Of a stretch of 64,000 nt of DNA, positions 11,260 to 24,681 are shown piece after piece; positions within the stretch are counted from its first letter, which is position 1; every line of letters starts with the position of its first letter. The notes beneath the pieces are model-generated. The model was not told where the DNA came from. It made no database searches and saw only the letters and a program-made list of their open reading frames with translations. This DNA is from Lama guanicoe (taxonomy: Eukaryota): contig MU053376.1 of NCBI GenBank assembly GCA_013239625.1, positions 334,833-398,832 of the forward strand. Direction: 5' to 3'. The position numbers were made by a program, and so were the translations under genes.

Positions 11260-12950
11260 AATTTATTGAGTACCTTCTCTGAGCCTGGTACTCTTCTAGG
11301 CACAGGGGATCCAGGAGTGAATGAAACAGAAAGTCCCTGCTTGCATTTAATAAATACACAGTCTCAGAGGATGATGAGTCTATGGAGAAAAATTGAAAGA
11401 GTAAAAGGATAGGAGATGAGTGGATGCTGCTCTCTTACATTCCATGGGTTTCATGTAGGATTGTCAGGAAAGGCCTCACTGAGAAGGCCGACCTTTGAAC
11501 CAAGACTTGAAGGAAGTGAGAGAGCAAACTGTGTGACACTGGGGAAACATGTACCAGGCAGAGGAAACAGTAAGTGCAAAGGCCCTGAGGCAGGAATATT
11601 TGTGAAATAATAAGGAGGTCAGGCATATATCCAGAGGGAACTTTAATTTGAAAAGATACATGCACTCCAATGTTCATAGCAGCACTATTTACAATAGCCA
11701 AGACATGGAAATAACCTAAATGTCCACCGACAGATGACTGGATAAGTAAGTTGTGGTATATTTATACAATGGGATAACACTCAGCCATAAAAAAGAATAA
11801 AATAATGCCATTGCAACAACATTGGTGGACCTGGGGATTGTCATTCTAAATAAGCCAGAAAGAGAAAGAAAAATACCAAATGATATCATTTATATGTGAA
11901 ATCTAAAAAAAAAAGACAAATGAACTTATTTACAAAATGGAAACAGACTCACAGGCATAGAAAACAAACTTATCGTTACCAGGGGCGGAAGTGGGTGGGA
12001 AGGGATAAATTGGGAGTTTGAGATTTGCAGATACTAACTACTATACATAAATAGATAAACAGGTTCATACTGTATAGCACAGGGAACTATATTCGATATC
12101 TTGTAGTAACCTATGATGAAAAAGAATACTGAAAAAAAAAAAAGGAGGCGAGCATGGCTGAAGCAGAGCGCATGAGGGAGAGAACAGTAGGAGATGAGGG
12201 CTGGGGAGTGTGCGAGGCCAGGTCACTCCAGGCCATTGTAAGGAGATTTGCTGCTATTCTAAGTGAGATGGGAAGCCATTGGAGGGTATGACCCTCATGA
12301 CTTCATGACTCTTTTAGGGGATCATCCTGGCTGCTATCTGGAATAGGATAGAAACAGATTCCAGATAGGAGGCTACAGCGATAATCCAAGCAAGACACGA
12401 TGACGGCTCGGTTCACGGTGCTGGAGGGTGGAAGCAGTGAGAAATGGTCAGATTCGGGGTATCTTTTGAAGGTAGAATGGATAGGATTTGCCCGTAGACT
12501 GTAACTGGGCTGTGAGAGAAAGAGAACACAAGCGCAACTTGCACCTTCCTTCTCGTGAGTGACGCTGCTGACCGAGATGGGAGTAGCCTGCAGGAGGGGC
12601 AGGCGTGGCAGGGGAGAGCGGAGAGACAAGTTCAGATCTGAGCATGTCAAGCTGGAGATGCCTAGGAGATACCCAAGTAGAGATGCCAAGGAGGTGACTG
12701 GATATATGAGATTAGAGTCCGTCTCAGGAGTAGAGATAGATATTTGGTATTTTTCAGTGAGTAGATGGTGTTAATGTCACGAGGCTGGCTGAGATCACAA
12801 AGGGGACGAGTGTAGGTAGGGAGGAGGTGGACATCAAGGGCTGAGAACCAGGACATTCCAGCCTCCAGAGGTCATGTTAATGAGAAGGAACCTGCACAGA
12901 AGACTGAATAACAAGTGGCAAGCAGGAGGCAAACAAGAGCAAATAGTGTC
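11260..12950 (-). mobile_element. L2 LINE fragment interrupted by a younger L1
   Basis: CCAGGCAGAGGAAACAGTAAGTGCAAAGGCCCTGAGGCAGG and downstream L2 text. The L2 resumes at AAGGAGGCGAGCATGGCTG after the L1. Confidence 0.75.
11623..12141 (+). mobile_element. 5'-truncated L1 (end of ORF2, 3' UTR, A tail)
   Basis: AAAAGATACATGCACTCCAATGTTCATAGCAGCACTATTTACAATAGCCAAGACATGG and a cetartiodactyl-type 3' UTR. Degenerate TSD AAGGAGG(TC/CG)AG at 11612 and 12142. Confidence 0.9.
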
Positions 12951-13481
12951 CTGGACATGAGCCTTCAGTATTCACATCCCTCACAAGGAGGAGGAATGTG
13001 CAGGTGGTGCTTATGTTCTAGAAGGGCTGAGGTTAGGGTGGGTTCTGCCTGAGCAGGAAGAGACTTGCACTCCTGTGGGAGAGGGAGGAGAGACAGCTCA
13101 GGTTATTTTTAAGCTGGTCTGAGAATGGCCCTGGGAAGATGATCATTTTAGCTAATGAGCCCTTGCTCACTGTAGAAAGTGTGCCTGAAGCATACTTCCT
13201 TCCACTCCATCCCTCAAAGACTCTGCTCTGGCTTCTCCCGGGAATGAGGCCAGCCCAAGATGGCTGTCTGACTTTTCCTGCCAGGACTGTGTCATGGAGC
13301 AAAGAACTGGCCCTGGCAGCTTCCCAGAGCGGGAGGGGCAGAATGAAATAGTCATGAGCTCAAGACAAGATGTGGGCTGGGGGAGCCTGCAGAAATGGCC
13401 CAGTAGTCAATCTGCTGATATCTCTTCTCTGAGTCTCTTCCTTTTTTTTTCCCTCGGTGTTGAGAGTGTTAGCTTAATTAT

Positions 13482-14199
13482 CTTTTTTTAAAATAGAAGT
13501 ATAGTCAGTTATAATGTGTCAATTTCTGGTGTACAGCATAATGTTTTAGTCATACATATACATACATATATTCATTTTCATATTCTTTTTCATTATAGGT
13601 TACAAGATATTGAATGTAGTTCCCTGTGCTGTACAGAAGAAATGTTTTATCTATTTTTATATAGTAGTTAATGTTTGTAAATTTCAAGCTCCCCGTTTAT
13701 CCCTTCCCACCCACTTTCTCCTCAGTAACCATAAGTTTGTTTACTATGTCTGTGAGTTTATTTCTGTTTTATAGACAAGATCATTAGTGTCTTCTTTTTT
13801 CTTTTTTGTTTTTTAGATTCCATATCTAAGTGATATCATATGGTATTTTTATTTCTCTTTCTGGCTTACTTTACTTAGAATGATGCTACCCAGATCCATC
13901 CATGTTGCTGCAAAAGGCATTATTTTATTCTTTTTTAAGGCTAAGTAGTATTCCATTGTATAAATATATCACAACTTCTTTATCCAGTCCTCTGTCGATG
14001 GACATTCAGCTTACTTCCATGTCTTGGCTATTGTATATAGTGCTGCTAGGAACATTGGGGTGCATGTATCTTTTCAAGTTAGAGTTCCCTCCAGATGTAT
14101 GCCCAGGAGTGGGATTGCTGGATCATTTATAAGTCTATGTTTAGTTTTTTGAAGACTCTCCAAACTATTTTCCATAACAGCTGCACCAAACTACATTTC
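13482..14199 (-). mobile_element. 5'-truncated L1, same family as 11623-12141, opposite orientation
   Basis: Its reverse complement aligns by eye to the + copy over the shared ORF2-end/3' UTR. Confidence 0.9.
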
Positions 14200-16430
14200 T
14201 GAATCTCATCTTGAATCTACAGCTTAGGCATCACTCTTTCTGCACTGACTTTAACATCTGATCTGGGGTTTTCCTAGAAAATGACAGCAAGGGCTGACCT
14301 TGGCATTTCCTGGAATTAACACAGCACTTCAGTTCAGTTTAGTTCAATAAACTTATAAGGCACCATTATGCTTCTATCTCTAAAACTGTTCCAGCCTTTA
14401 GCTAACGAGTTTCTTCTCCTGTCTCTGCCACCACCAACCTACTGGTCAGTCCTCTACACTGGCTTTCGGTTCAGCATCTTCCTCTCTATGCCTATCTCCC
14501 TCTCACTCCGGGTAATTTCAGTGCCATGTGAGTAAAGTATCGCAACTTCACAATACTTCAGTCTCCACAACTCCAGAGACATTGTCCTCCACTCCAGTAA
14601 GTTACTCACATCCAAGGTGGTTCCTTAGGCCTTCCCACCACTCAGATTCACTCCAACTTGGAAAACAAATAGTCTCCTTTCTGACCACAGTCTTGGTCCT
14701 TTTAATACCCTCACTCCTATCTCCCCTTTACACCTGTTCCTTCCAGGACCTTTAGCCTCTTGAGTTTCCTCCTAATCATGCAATGAAAGCCTTGTCTCAC
14801 TTCCTGCACTGTTCAGCCCAAACTCATGGCCTCACTACCCAGTACCCTAGCCCACTTGTCCTCAGCTGCACCCACACTGAAAACCCCACTCTGGATTAAT
14901 CTGCCCACCTTTTTCTGCTCCTATGCGCAGAAAAAATATCATACCAAGCCATTGTGGAAATTAAATAAATTGATGTCCCTGTCATTCACCCTCTCCAGAC
15001 CTCCATGGTCATCTTCCTGGGTCTGTAGTCCTTCTCAGCAGCAGGACCATCCTTATTCCAAGAGAGCATAAAGGCAGTTAGAAAGGCACAGCCTTAACCT
15101 AGAACTTTACTTCAGTCTCCCTATGCCCACTGGCACAACCTTATCTTTATTTCTGCCCACGTGTCTCTCTTTCCTCCTGTCCAAAGCTCAACTTTCTACC
15201 TGTTCTCATCCTTACCAAGTGCCCATCCTACACCCGCTCCTCAGAAATCTTACTCCACCAATTACCTCCTTTCCCCTATATTTTCAAGCTTTCCCTCTCT
15301 TCCACTTTCTTCCCTCAAGCCTATAACAAAGTTCAAGATTTCTGTTGTAAAATATTAATAATAATAATAATACGCAGCAATACCCAGCCCCACGCCCACA
15401 CCCATCCCAACTGCCTTGTCACCCGCTCCCTCCTTCCTTTCACTTCAGGTTTTGAAGGGAATGACCTATGTGCTTGGTGTGTCTGGTTCCTTGCTTCCCA
15501 GTTACAATCTAGTTCCTGTCCCCACAGCTCCCTGAAAATGGCTAGAACTTTCCTGGCAAAGATAAACACTTCCAGGTTGCCACATCCAACAGACACCTTC
15601 CAGTCTCCTCTCAGGTGCCCCTTCTGATGTGTTTGACGGGTCTGGTCCTCCCTCCTCCTTGCACTGGGTGCCCCCGTTTGGTTCGCCCCTCTATGCCCCA
15701 GCCACCCTGAAACCCCTGCAGCTGACTGTCCTTTGTGCCTGTGGCCCTCTCGGCCTGAAGAACCCATCACTGCTTCCTTCTTGTTTTTCAAGTCTCCTTC
15801 AGAACGCAGCCCAGGTGGGAGCCCTCTGCACGCGCCGCGTGTGCTGCGTTTACCGCTGTTGCAGCACACGTCAGTGTGTGGGGGTTCACTTCCCTGTCTC
15901 TCTAGAGACTCAGACTCCCTGGGAGCAGGGACTCTTTTCCACCTACTTTTTGTCTTCATTTTTCTTAGCAGCACTTGACTCAGTTGGCCACTCCCACCTT
16001 CCTGAAGCTTTTTTTTTTCCCTCCAGGCCTTCACGACACCACATTCCCTTCAGTTATCTCCTACTTCACTGGCTAGTCCTTCTTGACTCTCGGGTAACTG
16101 CTTCTCCTCTGCTTAACCTCAAAATGTTGGCGCATCCAAACTCCAGCCCAGCCTGCTTCTGCACTCTGTGTACATTCTCTCCCTAGGCAATCCTCTCCAT
16201 CGTCTTGGCTACCATCTGCATGCTGCTGGCTCCCAAATTTCTATCTGAATCTGACCTCTCCCTTGGGCTTCAGATACACAGATCCAACTGCCTATTCCTT
16301 CTCCACATGGATGTTTAATAAGCATCTCAAACTTATTGTGGCCAAAATAGAACTCTTGATTTACACCTTCAAATCAGTTTTCCCTGAGTTCTCTTTAGCT
16401 CAGAATATGGCACAATCAACAATCACCCTA

Positions 16431-16590
16431 GTGAGGGGAGAGCTCAGGGGTAGAGCGCATGCTTAGCGTACATGAGGTCCTGGGTTCTATCCCCAGTACC
16501 TCCATTAAAAATAAATAATTCTAATTACACCCCTCTCCTCCGAAAAAACAAGCAAACAAAAAAACCCCAAAATTTAAAACAAACAAAAAA
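16431..16590 (+). mobile_element. vic-1-type SINE
   Basis: AGCTCAGGGGTAGAGCGCATGCTTAGC..GGTCCTGGGTTCTATCCCCAGTACCTCC. TSD AACAATCACCC at 16418 and 16591. Confidence 0.85.
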
Positions 16591-16629
16591 AACAATCACC
16601 CCATTTATTGGCCCCCAAACCCTAGGAGT

Positions 16630-16742
16630 AGTGTGACCAACTGTCCTGGTTTGCCTGGGACCTGACCTGATTTTAGTTCTGAAAAACCCCATGTCCCAGG
16701 AAACTCCTCAGTCTCAGGCAAACTGAGATGGCTGGTCACCCC
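16630..16742. mobile_element. MER94-like hAT MITE
   Basis: Imperfect palindrome GTGACCAACTGTCCTGGTTTGCCTGGGAC ... GTCTCAGGCAAACTGAGATGGCTGGTCACCC. Confidence 0.65.
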
Positions 16743-17511
16743 AAACTAGAAGTCACCCTAGATTTCCTTCTGGTCCTCACATTCCACATCCAATCAGTTG
16801 GACCTGCCTCCAGACACACAGTCTTTCCACCTCCACTGCCACCTGGTCCAAGCCTCCATCATGTCCCACCTCCTCCATCCCAATAACCTTTTCCTATGGT
16901 TGTATCATCTCATCTCAATTCCTCTTCAAAGAGCCTCCTTCCTTGGCCCACTGTATTTTTCACACAATAGCCAGAGGACCTTTTCAAAGCGAACGGCTGA
17001 TTGTAGCACTACACCCCCCTACCAGTTCAAGCCCTCCAATTACACTTAACGATAAACCGAAATTTCTTTTCAGTAGGCTCCATGTGATTGAGCCCTTGCT
17101 CACTCACTCACTGTCATCGCACACTGCCCTCCCCCATCTTTCTGCTCCTGCTCTCCCCGATCCTCCCATGACTCACTTCCTCCAACCATTCAAGTGTAAG
17201 GTCAAAGGTCCCCTCCTCAGAGACACCATCTCCAATTCCTGTACCCAAAGTCATTCCCCAGTTTCTCCCTATCATGTCACTTTCTTCTGTTATCTTCACG
17301 GCATGTATCACCCACCACCTGAAACTAGCTCATGATCTTTTGTTTGTTTGTTCTTGTTTATTGACTCCCCTGTCTAAGATGTCAGCTCCTTAAGAGCAGA
17401 GACCTTGCCAGTCTTGTTTTCATCTGTTTTTCTCAGCACTTGGCCTGGCACACAGTAAGTGCTCAATAAATATTTGCTAAATGATTGAATAAATAATATT
17501 TGAATAAATAA

Positions 17512-17645
17512 TTTGTTTGTTTTTTAGGAGGAGGGAGGGAATTCGGTTTTTATTTATTTTATTTTTAGTGGAGTTACAGGGAATTGAACCCAGGACCTTG
17601 TGCATGCTAGGCACACACTCTACCACTGAGCTATATACCCTCCCA
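17512..17645 (-). mobile_element. vic-1-type SINE
   Basis: ATTGAACCCAGGACCTTGTGCATGCTAGGCACACACTCTACCACTGAGCTATA. Confidence 0.85.
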
Positions 17646-19089
17646 CCTCTGAACAAATGAATATTCAGTACATAGTACAGGGTCTCTCCTCATCCAATAA
17701 GTGACAGATTAATAACAGTTAATGAAGCTCTAGGCTAGGCACTGGGCCCACCTTAAAAACAGATGGTTCTTTAGGAGTCTGTAGTTCACTGAGAAATGGA
17801 AATATAAACCAAACTTTTACACTAAATAATCATAACAATTATGAATATGCTGGGGAGTGAGAAATACCATAGTCTTTTATTTTCTTAAATGTGATGTGCA
17901 CCCCATCCCAAAGGGTTGGCAGGAGCTTCAGTCCCAATCATTGCAGAGCCCCTCCTCCAGCCTCTACAGTCCTAAGGAGCTCCCAGGAGTCCAAGGATCA
18001 GGCAGGGCCCTTTCATCTCCGGTCCTCCCTGGCCACCTCCCAGATACACCTCCCACACCCATATGAAGGCTCGAGTCTTCATAATTCCTTGAAGGGTCAG
18101 CTGCTTCTCGTCCAAGCTTGCACTTAAGGGGAAGGATAGGAAAGAAGGCTGAGGTGGGGTTTTGTGGGAACAAAGTGCTGAAATAAGCTACTCACAGGAC
18201 CTCCCTGAACCCCCATGCCAATTTCAGCTCAGAGAGATTGTTCCAAACCTGCTTGGTCTATGAATTCCACCTTTCTTCACCCAGACCCTTATTTCCCTCC
18301 CTGCTTGGATCTGTTCTGCAAAGTCTCCCTTAGCTGGCGCAACTTGCTGCTTCCTGTAGATAGAGAAGATGCTAAAAATGGTCTGTTATCCATTTAAGGC
18401 AGAGTTCTTACATCTCCCTCCACAAACCTGCTCCTTTTTCAGAATTCCCTAGCTCAATTTATAACATCACCTTCCTTCTTGTCACCAAGGATAGTAAAGC
18501 TGACCCAGCAGTCATTTCCCCTTCTCCTTCATCTGATCAGCCACTGAGTCCTGTCAATCAGTACCTTCATGACTCCCCTTTTCAGTCTACCCATCTCTCT
18601 GGTCGACCTCTTTATTTCATACCTATACTTGTGCAAGACCATTCTACTTAATCTCTCTATTCTAGTTTCTACTCAGTCCAATCCATCCACCAAATGACCC
18701 CAAGAGCTATTCCAAAAGAACCAGTCTGACCATGTCACTGTCTTGATGGCTTCACTCTTTATGTAGAATGAAACAGTACCTCCATTTAAAACCATGATTT
18801 TAAAAAGCATGAAACAGACTGAATTTCTTATCATTTAGACCCTACGTAACAAGTCTTATGCTCCATCCACAGAACCTACACCGAGTTTGACCAGCCTATT
18901 AATCATTTCCCCAACATACTTCCTATCTTATTCTATTTCTACCTTTTCTCTGAAGTTATTTTTTCTACCTAAAATGTCCTTTGCCTCCCTATTCTTTAAC
19001 TTCCCCCTTTCCCCAACATTCACCCACTCGAGGGTACTTATTTTTCAAAGCCCAACCCTATGTCCATTAATATTTACTGAGAGCATGAT

Positions 19090-19460
19090 TGAGGCATTAA
19101 AGGCATGGGCTCTGGAGCCAGTGTGGGCTTCCCTCCCAGTTCTCTGCCGTCCCCTAGCTGTATAATCTTAGGCAGGTTACTGTGCCGGGTCCCTTATCTG
19201 TAAATTGGGAGATACAGATACACGGATCATGTAATCACACTATGTGAGTGTTATTATTATTATGTGTCAAATGGGGAACTAAGAACTTTTCATACAGTAT
19301 CGAATTTAGTTGTCCCAGATGCTGTGGGAGATAGTACTTTTCAAAATTGACATGTGATCCCCTAAAATTCACGTAAGTTTACTCAAAGGCACACAGCTGG
19401 TGGAAGTGGAAAACTGGAATTCAAGTCCAAGTCTGTTGGACCTAGGTTCTCTTCATAGCA
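19090..19460. mobile_element. Two MIR fragments in opposite orientations
   Basis: MIR-like text on + at about 19090-19260 and on - at about 19300-19460. Confidence 0.55.
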
Positions 19461-19599
19461 CTGGGAAGAGCCCTGGGAAGGAAACCAGAGAGGACTGGAC
19501 TTTCCAACTTCCTCTTAGATGGAGAAGGCAAGTAGGCAAAGGATGCGCGCTCTGGGAGGGAGTACAGAGAAACATAGAATCATGAGAATCACAGTCGAA

Positions 19600-20580
19600 G
19601 TCACATAATAAACCAGCAAGTAACCCCTCAAGTAAAACGAAATGACCAGAAACATGACAGAGAGTTGTGAAGCCAACAGCACCGTCAGGTTATGTTCCGA
19701 GCAGCAATGTCAGAATTGTTACCCGGAAAAACTAAAACGAAACTGTTAACTTGAGGAGACAAATTCTACGTCCAACCCTTTAACTCTAAGGGACCTAGCA
19801 CAAAATTAGGGACTCAAAGAGTTTAAGAGCTGGACGAACAATGGAGTGACATCTTTAAAGTATGGAAAGGAAAAAAATATATTAACCTAGAATTCTACAG
19901 CTACTGAAAATACCTTCCAAAAATGAAGGGAAGTAAAGACTTTGTTTCAGAGATAAAATCTGAGGGAAATCACCATCAGCAAATCTGCATGATAAATGTT
20001 AGTGATGCTCTCGGACAGAAGGAAGATGATATCTGGTAGAAGTGCATATCTACACAAAGCATTGGGAATGGTAAATATGCAGTAAATAAAAGGACAATTT
20101 TTCCCAATTTTCAATCTCCTTGAAAGATGACTGACGCTTTAAAGCAAAAATAATAGCAATGCATTGTAGGTTTATAATGTTCGTATAAGTTGGAGGTACC
20201 ACAACAGCAGCACGAGGGACAGGGAGGTGAAACCTGATCATGGAAGATAACGCTCCTCCACAGACCCTAGGAGTGGGGGCAGGCAGGTCTATGCTGAATG
20301 AGAGGGATAAGAAGGGACGTTGGAAAGAGTGACATTTTGCCATTTGTGACAACCTGGATGGACCTCGAGGGCATTAAGCTAAATGAAATAAGTCAGACAA
20401 ATACCGTATGCTTTCTCTTATATGTGAAATCTAAAAAATACAAATCTCAAACAAAAACCAAGCTCAGACATACAGATAACAGACTGGTGATGCCAGAGGT
20501 GGGGCAGGGGTGGGGGAGGAAATGGGTGAACTGTTGTTGGTTTTTGTTTTGTTTTTTTCGTTTAAATAAATTTTTAAAAA
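19600..20580 (+). mobile_element. Ancient L1 remnants (ORF1-like region plus a separate L1 3' end at about 20325-20560)
   Basis: TGGAGTGACATCTTTAAAG..AACCTAGAATTCTAC; TTTGCCATTTGTGACAACCTGGATGGACCTCGAGGGCATTAAGCTAAATGAAATAAGTCAGAC. Confidence 0.7.
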
Positions 20581-23500
20581 TTTTAATGACTGAATGAAAG
20601 GGAAAAAATAAGGTCCATTGGCTAATGTACCTGTCATGCCATTTGAACAACCTGAGAAATGATTACTTGTAAGAACACGCACCTGCTTCAACCCTTTGAC
20701 TTCCCAGCAGGACTTTTCTTCTGTAATTCAATATTCCTCTAAAAGTGTTGCCATCTCTCAGGGCAGTAGCAGGTTACATCCCCCCCGGGCCAATCACGCT
20801 GTGACTTTCAGCAGGGTGTCCTGGGGCAGGGGATCATTTCAGAGGTGGATACCTAGAAAATAGGCAATGAGAAGTAAAAAGCAAACAAAAAACTTCCGTG
20901 TAAATTTCTGAAGGTACAAAAACACCCCTACCCTCCTTACTTAGTCAAGTCAAGCAGAAACAAAAGAAAGGGAAAGCCCAATATTACAGTGACTCAGTCA
21001 CTGCGGGCCCAGGAAAATTGTATGCAAACATATAATGGCCTTCCATTCTGCACACCCAGAAGTAGATCGGGGGGCAGCCCCTTGGAGCCAATACCAAACC
21101 TCCCAAAGAGCAGTCCTGGGTATCCACCCAGCCTTGGCTACTGGCTCTAAGAGGGAAACAGGTAATACCAGCACGAAACCTCAGCCCCATAATTCTTGAG
21201 GCTTTTCTCCTCCCCCTGGGCCGGTTGCATGTACAAGTCTGTAATCAGGTACAGGGAGTCTCCATGCCCCAAGCACCCTCTCTCTTCTCATTGAGAATGA
21301 CTGCCCTGACGCACAGGAATGCAATAGAAAATGGAATGTTCAGCAAATAGTTAAGTGAGATAAAACCCTAACTGGAAAAACCCTAATAATACAAAACCCC
21401 AACAAATATCCATACATCTCACCTCGTATATCTCACCTCCAGTCTCTTAAATCATCATATTCATTTGTTTGTGTTCAAATAAAAATCTTGGTTCTCCCAC
21501 AAGGAACAGCTTCCACTTCTGGGTAGCTACCACAAAAGGGTGGACTCACAATGGTCCAGGCAGGCCTAGAATGGGCAGGGCAGGGCGGTTTGCCAGCTTG
21601 TAAATACACCAGTGGGGGCCGGGGTGGGGGTGACCTCCAAGCAAACAACAGCCATCAGATTCGAAACAACAGGGATCCATCAGACACTCTTGAGGTTGGC
21701 AAGTCACGCCACCTGGTGGAATCAACAGAGCATGTCTAGAAACCCAAAGCCAATCTTTTGCCAAAAACTAGAACTGACTGAAACCTCTGGTGTGGTGGGA
21801 AAAATACTTTGGGATTCCAGTACAAAACGTTAATTCTAGGGAAGAAAGGTCTCAGCTGATTTGCTCACATATTAACGTCATAAATTAACATGCACCTTGT
21901 TAATGACACTCAAATTAATTGATGTGGTATCCCTCGCACAAAATTCATTACAATTGAAATTTGTAATTACAGTCTACAGATTTAGAGCTTAATACAGCTT
22001 CTCTCTAAGGACCTTTCAGTTCTATGATTCTGTAGCTACGGCTGAGGCACATTTGATTCTAATCAGCATTGATGACATCTCAGTAAGGGTGACTTTAAAG
22101 AAGGTTATTAACACATTCAACAAGTATCTGTTGACTGTAATGTGCCAGGCACAGTCCTAGGCTCTGTGCTCATTCAGCAGCACAAGTAAGACACACAACA
22201 AGATTCCTGCCCTCATAGGAAACTCTAGTTTTCTAGACTAGTGAGAGTGAGGCAGACAGGAAACAAGTCAAAATGTTAAGCAGATGAGGTCAGAGTGAAT
22301 ATAATTTTAAAAGGGAAAGGGAAAGGGAAAGGAGGGTTTGGAGGATAGGGTGGCCAGAGGTCTCTTGGAGATGGTATTTGAGATCCAAAGAGGAGAGTCT
22401 TCCCATGATGAAATTTGGTTTTAGAAACCACCATTCCAGAACACACATTCAGATGAGCCTTTTTCAAAACTTTGGGGAAACCTCTCTGGTTTTTGCCTTC
22501 AAAGCCAATGTATCAACTCCACTGAGGAAAATGGGTTTACCTTAAAGCAAAATAATCCAGCTTTACAGTATCACCTTTCTATGAGCCTGAACATCTTTGG
22601 GATATTTCTAAAAGTTAATCCAGTCTCAAAATGTGTATTATTAACCTAACAATTTGGTGGGGGAATGTGCAGAGAGCTCTGGAGAGAGTTAACTCTGAAG
22701 GCCTCTCATCTTCTTGATAAGACAGTATCTCTAACAAACACACGGGTATTTGCTATTCTTTTGCTATGAAGAACTTCATCCGTCGTCTGTGTAAAATCTT
22801 ATAAAACAGTAGCAAAAATAAAATGTTCAGCAAAGAAAGATGGGAGAAAACAAGAAGAAAAGGATAGTACTGAGACAAAGGAAGGGTGATGGCTTAAAGA
22901 ACAAAACCTGAAAAATCGCTCCAAACTGGCTTCCCTTACAGTTCAGCTTTCCAGGTTTGCACAGACGTCTGGGGTCACGTCTCTATGGTCAAGCAACCCA
23001 CTTCCCATCAATCTAACTTTTCCTAGCTTTCCCTGGTAAGATTAAGGAGTCTGACGATGGTAAAACACTGATGTAACTCAAAATTGTTACACAGCAACAC
23101 ACATCCCCACCCCCTCCCAGTTCTCCATTGCACTTGTAAAGTGATTGAAGTTTCCTGATGTTAACCCTGTCACTAAAGCGCGTGAATTGAAAGCATTACA
23201 GGTCTTGTATGAATCCTCAAAGTGAGCAGGGTTAGATCTATAGATCCTATTTATTACACCTACTGTTACCAGACCTTCATACCCTGCTGCCTTTGTATTT
23301 TAAAGTCGTGATTGCCTGACACAAACTTTGTCTCAACAGAGCAGATCCAGGGAGAGAAAGACTGGTGTTTTATATGGACCAAAGCATTTCAATTAAGTCC
23401 ACAAGGAAAGACTCCTAATTACTAGTGTATGAATATTCCAAGTAACTAGCATTTGTGTCATGATGGAAGAAATACCAAAACCTCTTTATACACCTAAAAA

Positions 23501-24308
23501 GAAATTAAGTCTCTCAGCTGAAAGAGGCACCCTGGGCATCATGCTTCCTGTTTAGAATGTACCAAGGATGTCTTTGTATATCTTTGTATTAGATACTTTT
23601 ATAAATACCATGTGTAAAAAAGATTTCCATTTTTATTTATTTTTAAAAGGTACAAAGAGGAGGGTCCAAAGGAAGTCTCCAAAAGAGACCACCAAATCCC
23701 CAAATCTGTGTGAAACGCTCCAAATTTCTGAGGTCAGCAATTCAATATTTGCTTTGAACTTTCTATTAAAATAGAACCAAAAAAGTAGTACAACTTCTGT
23801 AGCGATGTCAGGACAGTCATAACAATAAAACTGGCTCAGTGTGAAGATGACCATCTTTATATACCTTCCTGGGGAGACAGCCAAAAATGTTTCAATTAAC
23901 CCCAATGTGGTAATTAAAGAATAACCTGGACCCTCAATTCAATTTGTACTAAACACTGATTTACCTGCAACTAAACGTTAGCTTCTTTCCTTTCAGTTCA
24001 GAAATAACACCTTTAGTCATTTTGCATTAGCCAGAAGACCCAAATGCCTAAGTTAAGAACGCTGTTACGCCTTTAAGCCATTAACAGGCTTGCTGTAACC
24101 CAAATGTGTCTGTTTTTCAGGGTTAGAAGTTTGTTTTTTCTGATGTTATCATCACATTTACTCAATATTATAAACGGGAGAACATCATGATTTAAAATAC
24201 CATGGTTATCATTAAAAATAATGCATAAAATAAAGCAGAACTCCCTGCGGCATAGGAGCAGCATGACGGTAATCCCAGCACGTGAATGTGCTGCTTCCGT
24301 GAATATTG

Positions 24309-24314
24309 TTTATT
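24309..24314 (-). terminator. Candidate distal poly(A) signal, PPP1R15B
   Basis: AATAAA on the minus strand. Confidence 0.5.
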
Positions 24315-24675
24315 GTATTGTTTTCTTTGCAGAAATGCACAGCTGGGGCCAATTTTAGAATCAAATCCCAGTCTCTAAAAAGGGTATTTCGCACTCTAAG
24401 AACTAAATTCTCTTTTCTACTTCCAAAACGTGGTTTGCAATTGTCGTATTTATTCCCTTACTATTCCTCCCCTTCAGTTAGCTGAGGTGCAATTTACATG
24501 TCACATAACCTTTTTAAACCACAGAAATTTGTGCAGCACCTTTAAGTTTATCGTGCTTCTACAAAACACCTGATTTAATCCAGAAGATCCTGCTCAGTAA
24601 TTCCAAAAACAATGTGAAATACAATACAAAGTTGAGCCCAAAATATCATAGTAACATTTAATAATTGCAAATATA

Positions 24676-24681
24676 TTTATT
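24676..24681 (-). terminator. Candidate proximal poly(A) signal, PPP1R15B
   Basis: AATAAA on the minus strand, with several upstream TGTA motifs and a U/GU-rich downstream tract. Confidence 0.6.

Larger units (their letters stand above)
14400..17495 (+). mobile_element. Long fragmented L2 LINE with nested insertions
   Basis: L2-like body and canonical 3' end CCTGGCACACAGTAAGTGCTCAATAAATATTTGCTAAATGATTGAATAAAT. Start approximate. Confidence 0.65.

Noticed and set aside
15333..16186. 233-aa and 185-aa overlapping ORFs
   Set aside because: They lie in decayed L2 sequence, and I see no intact reverse transcriptase or endonuclease motifs.
16431..16510. tRNA-like sequences at SINE heads (also 1495, 17580, 37640, 50775, 52555, 53350)
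   Set aside because: They have A-rich tails, TSDs and degenerate stems, so they are SINEs and not tRNA genes.
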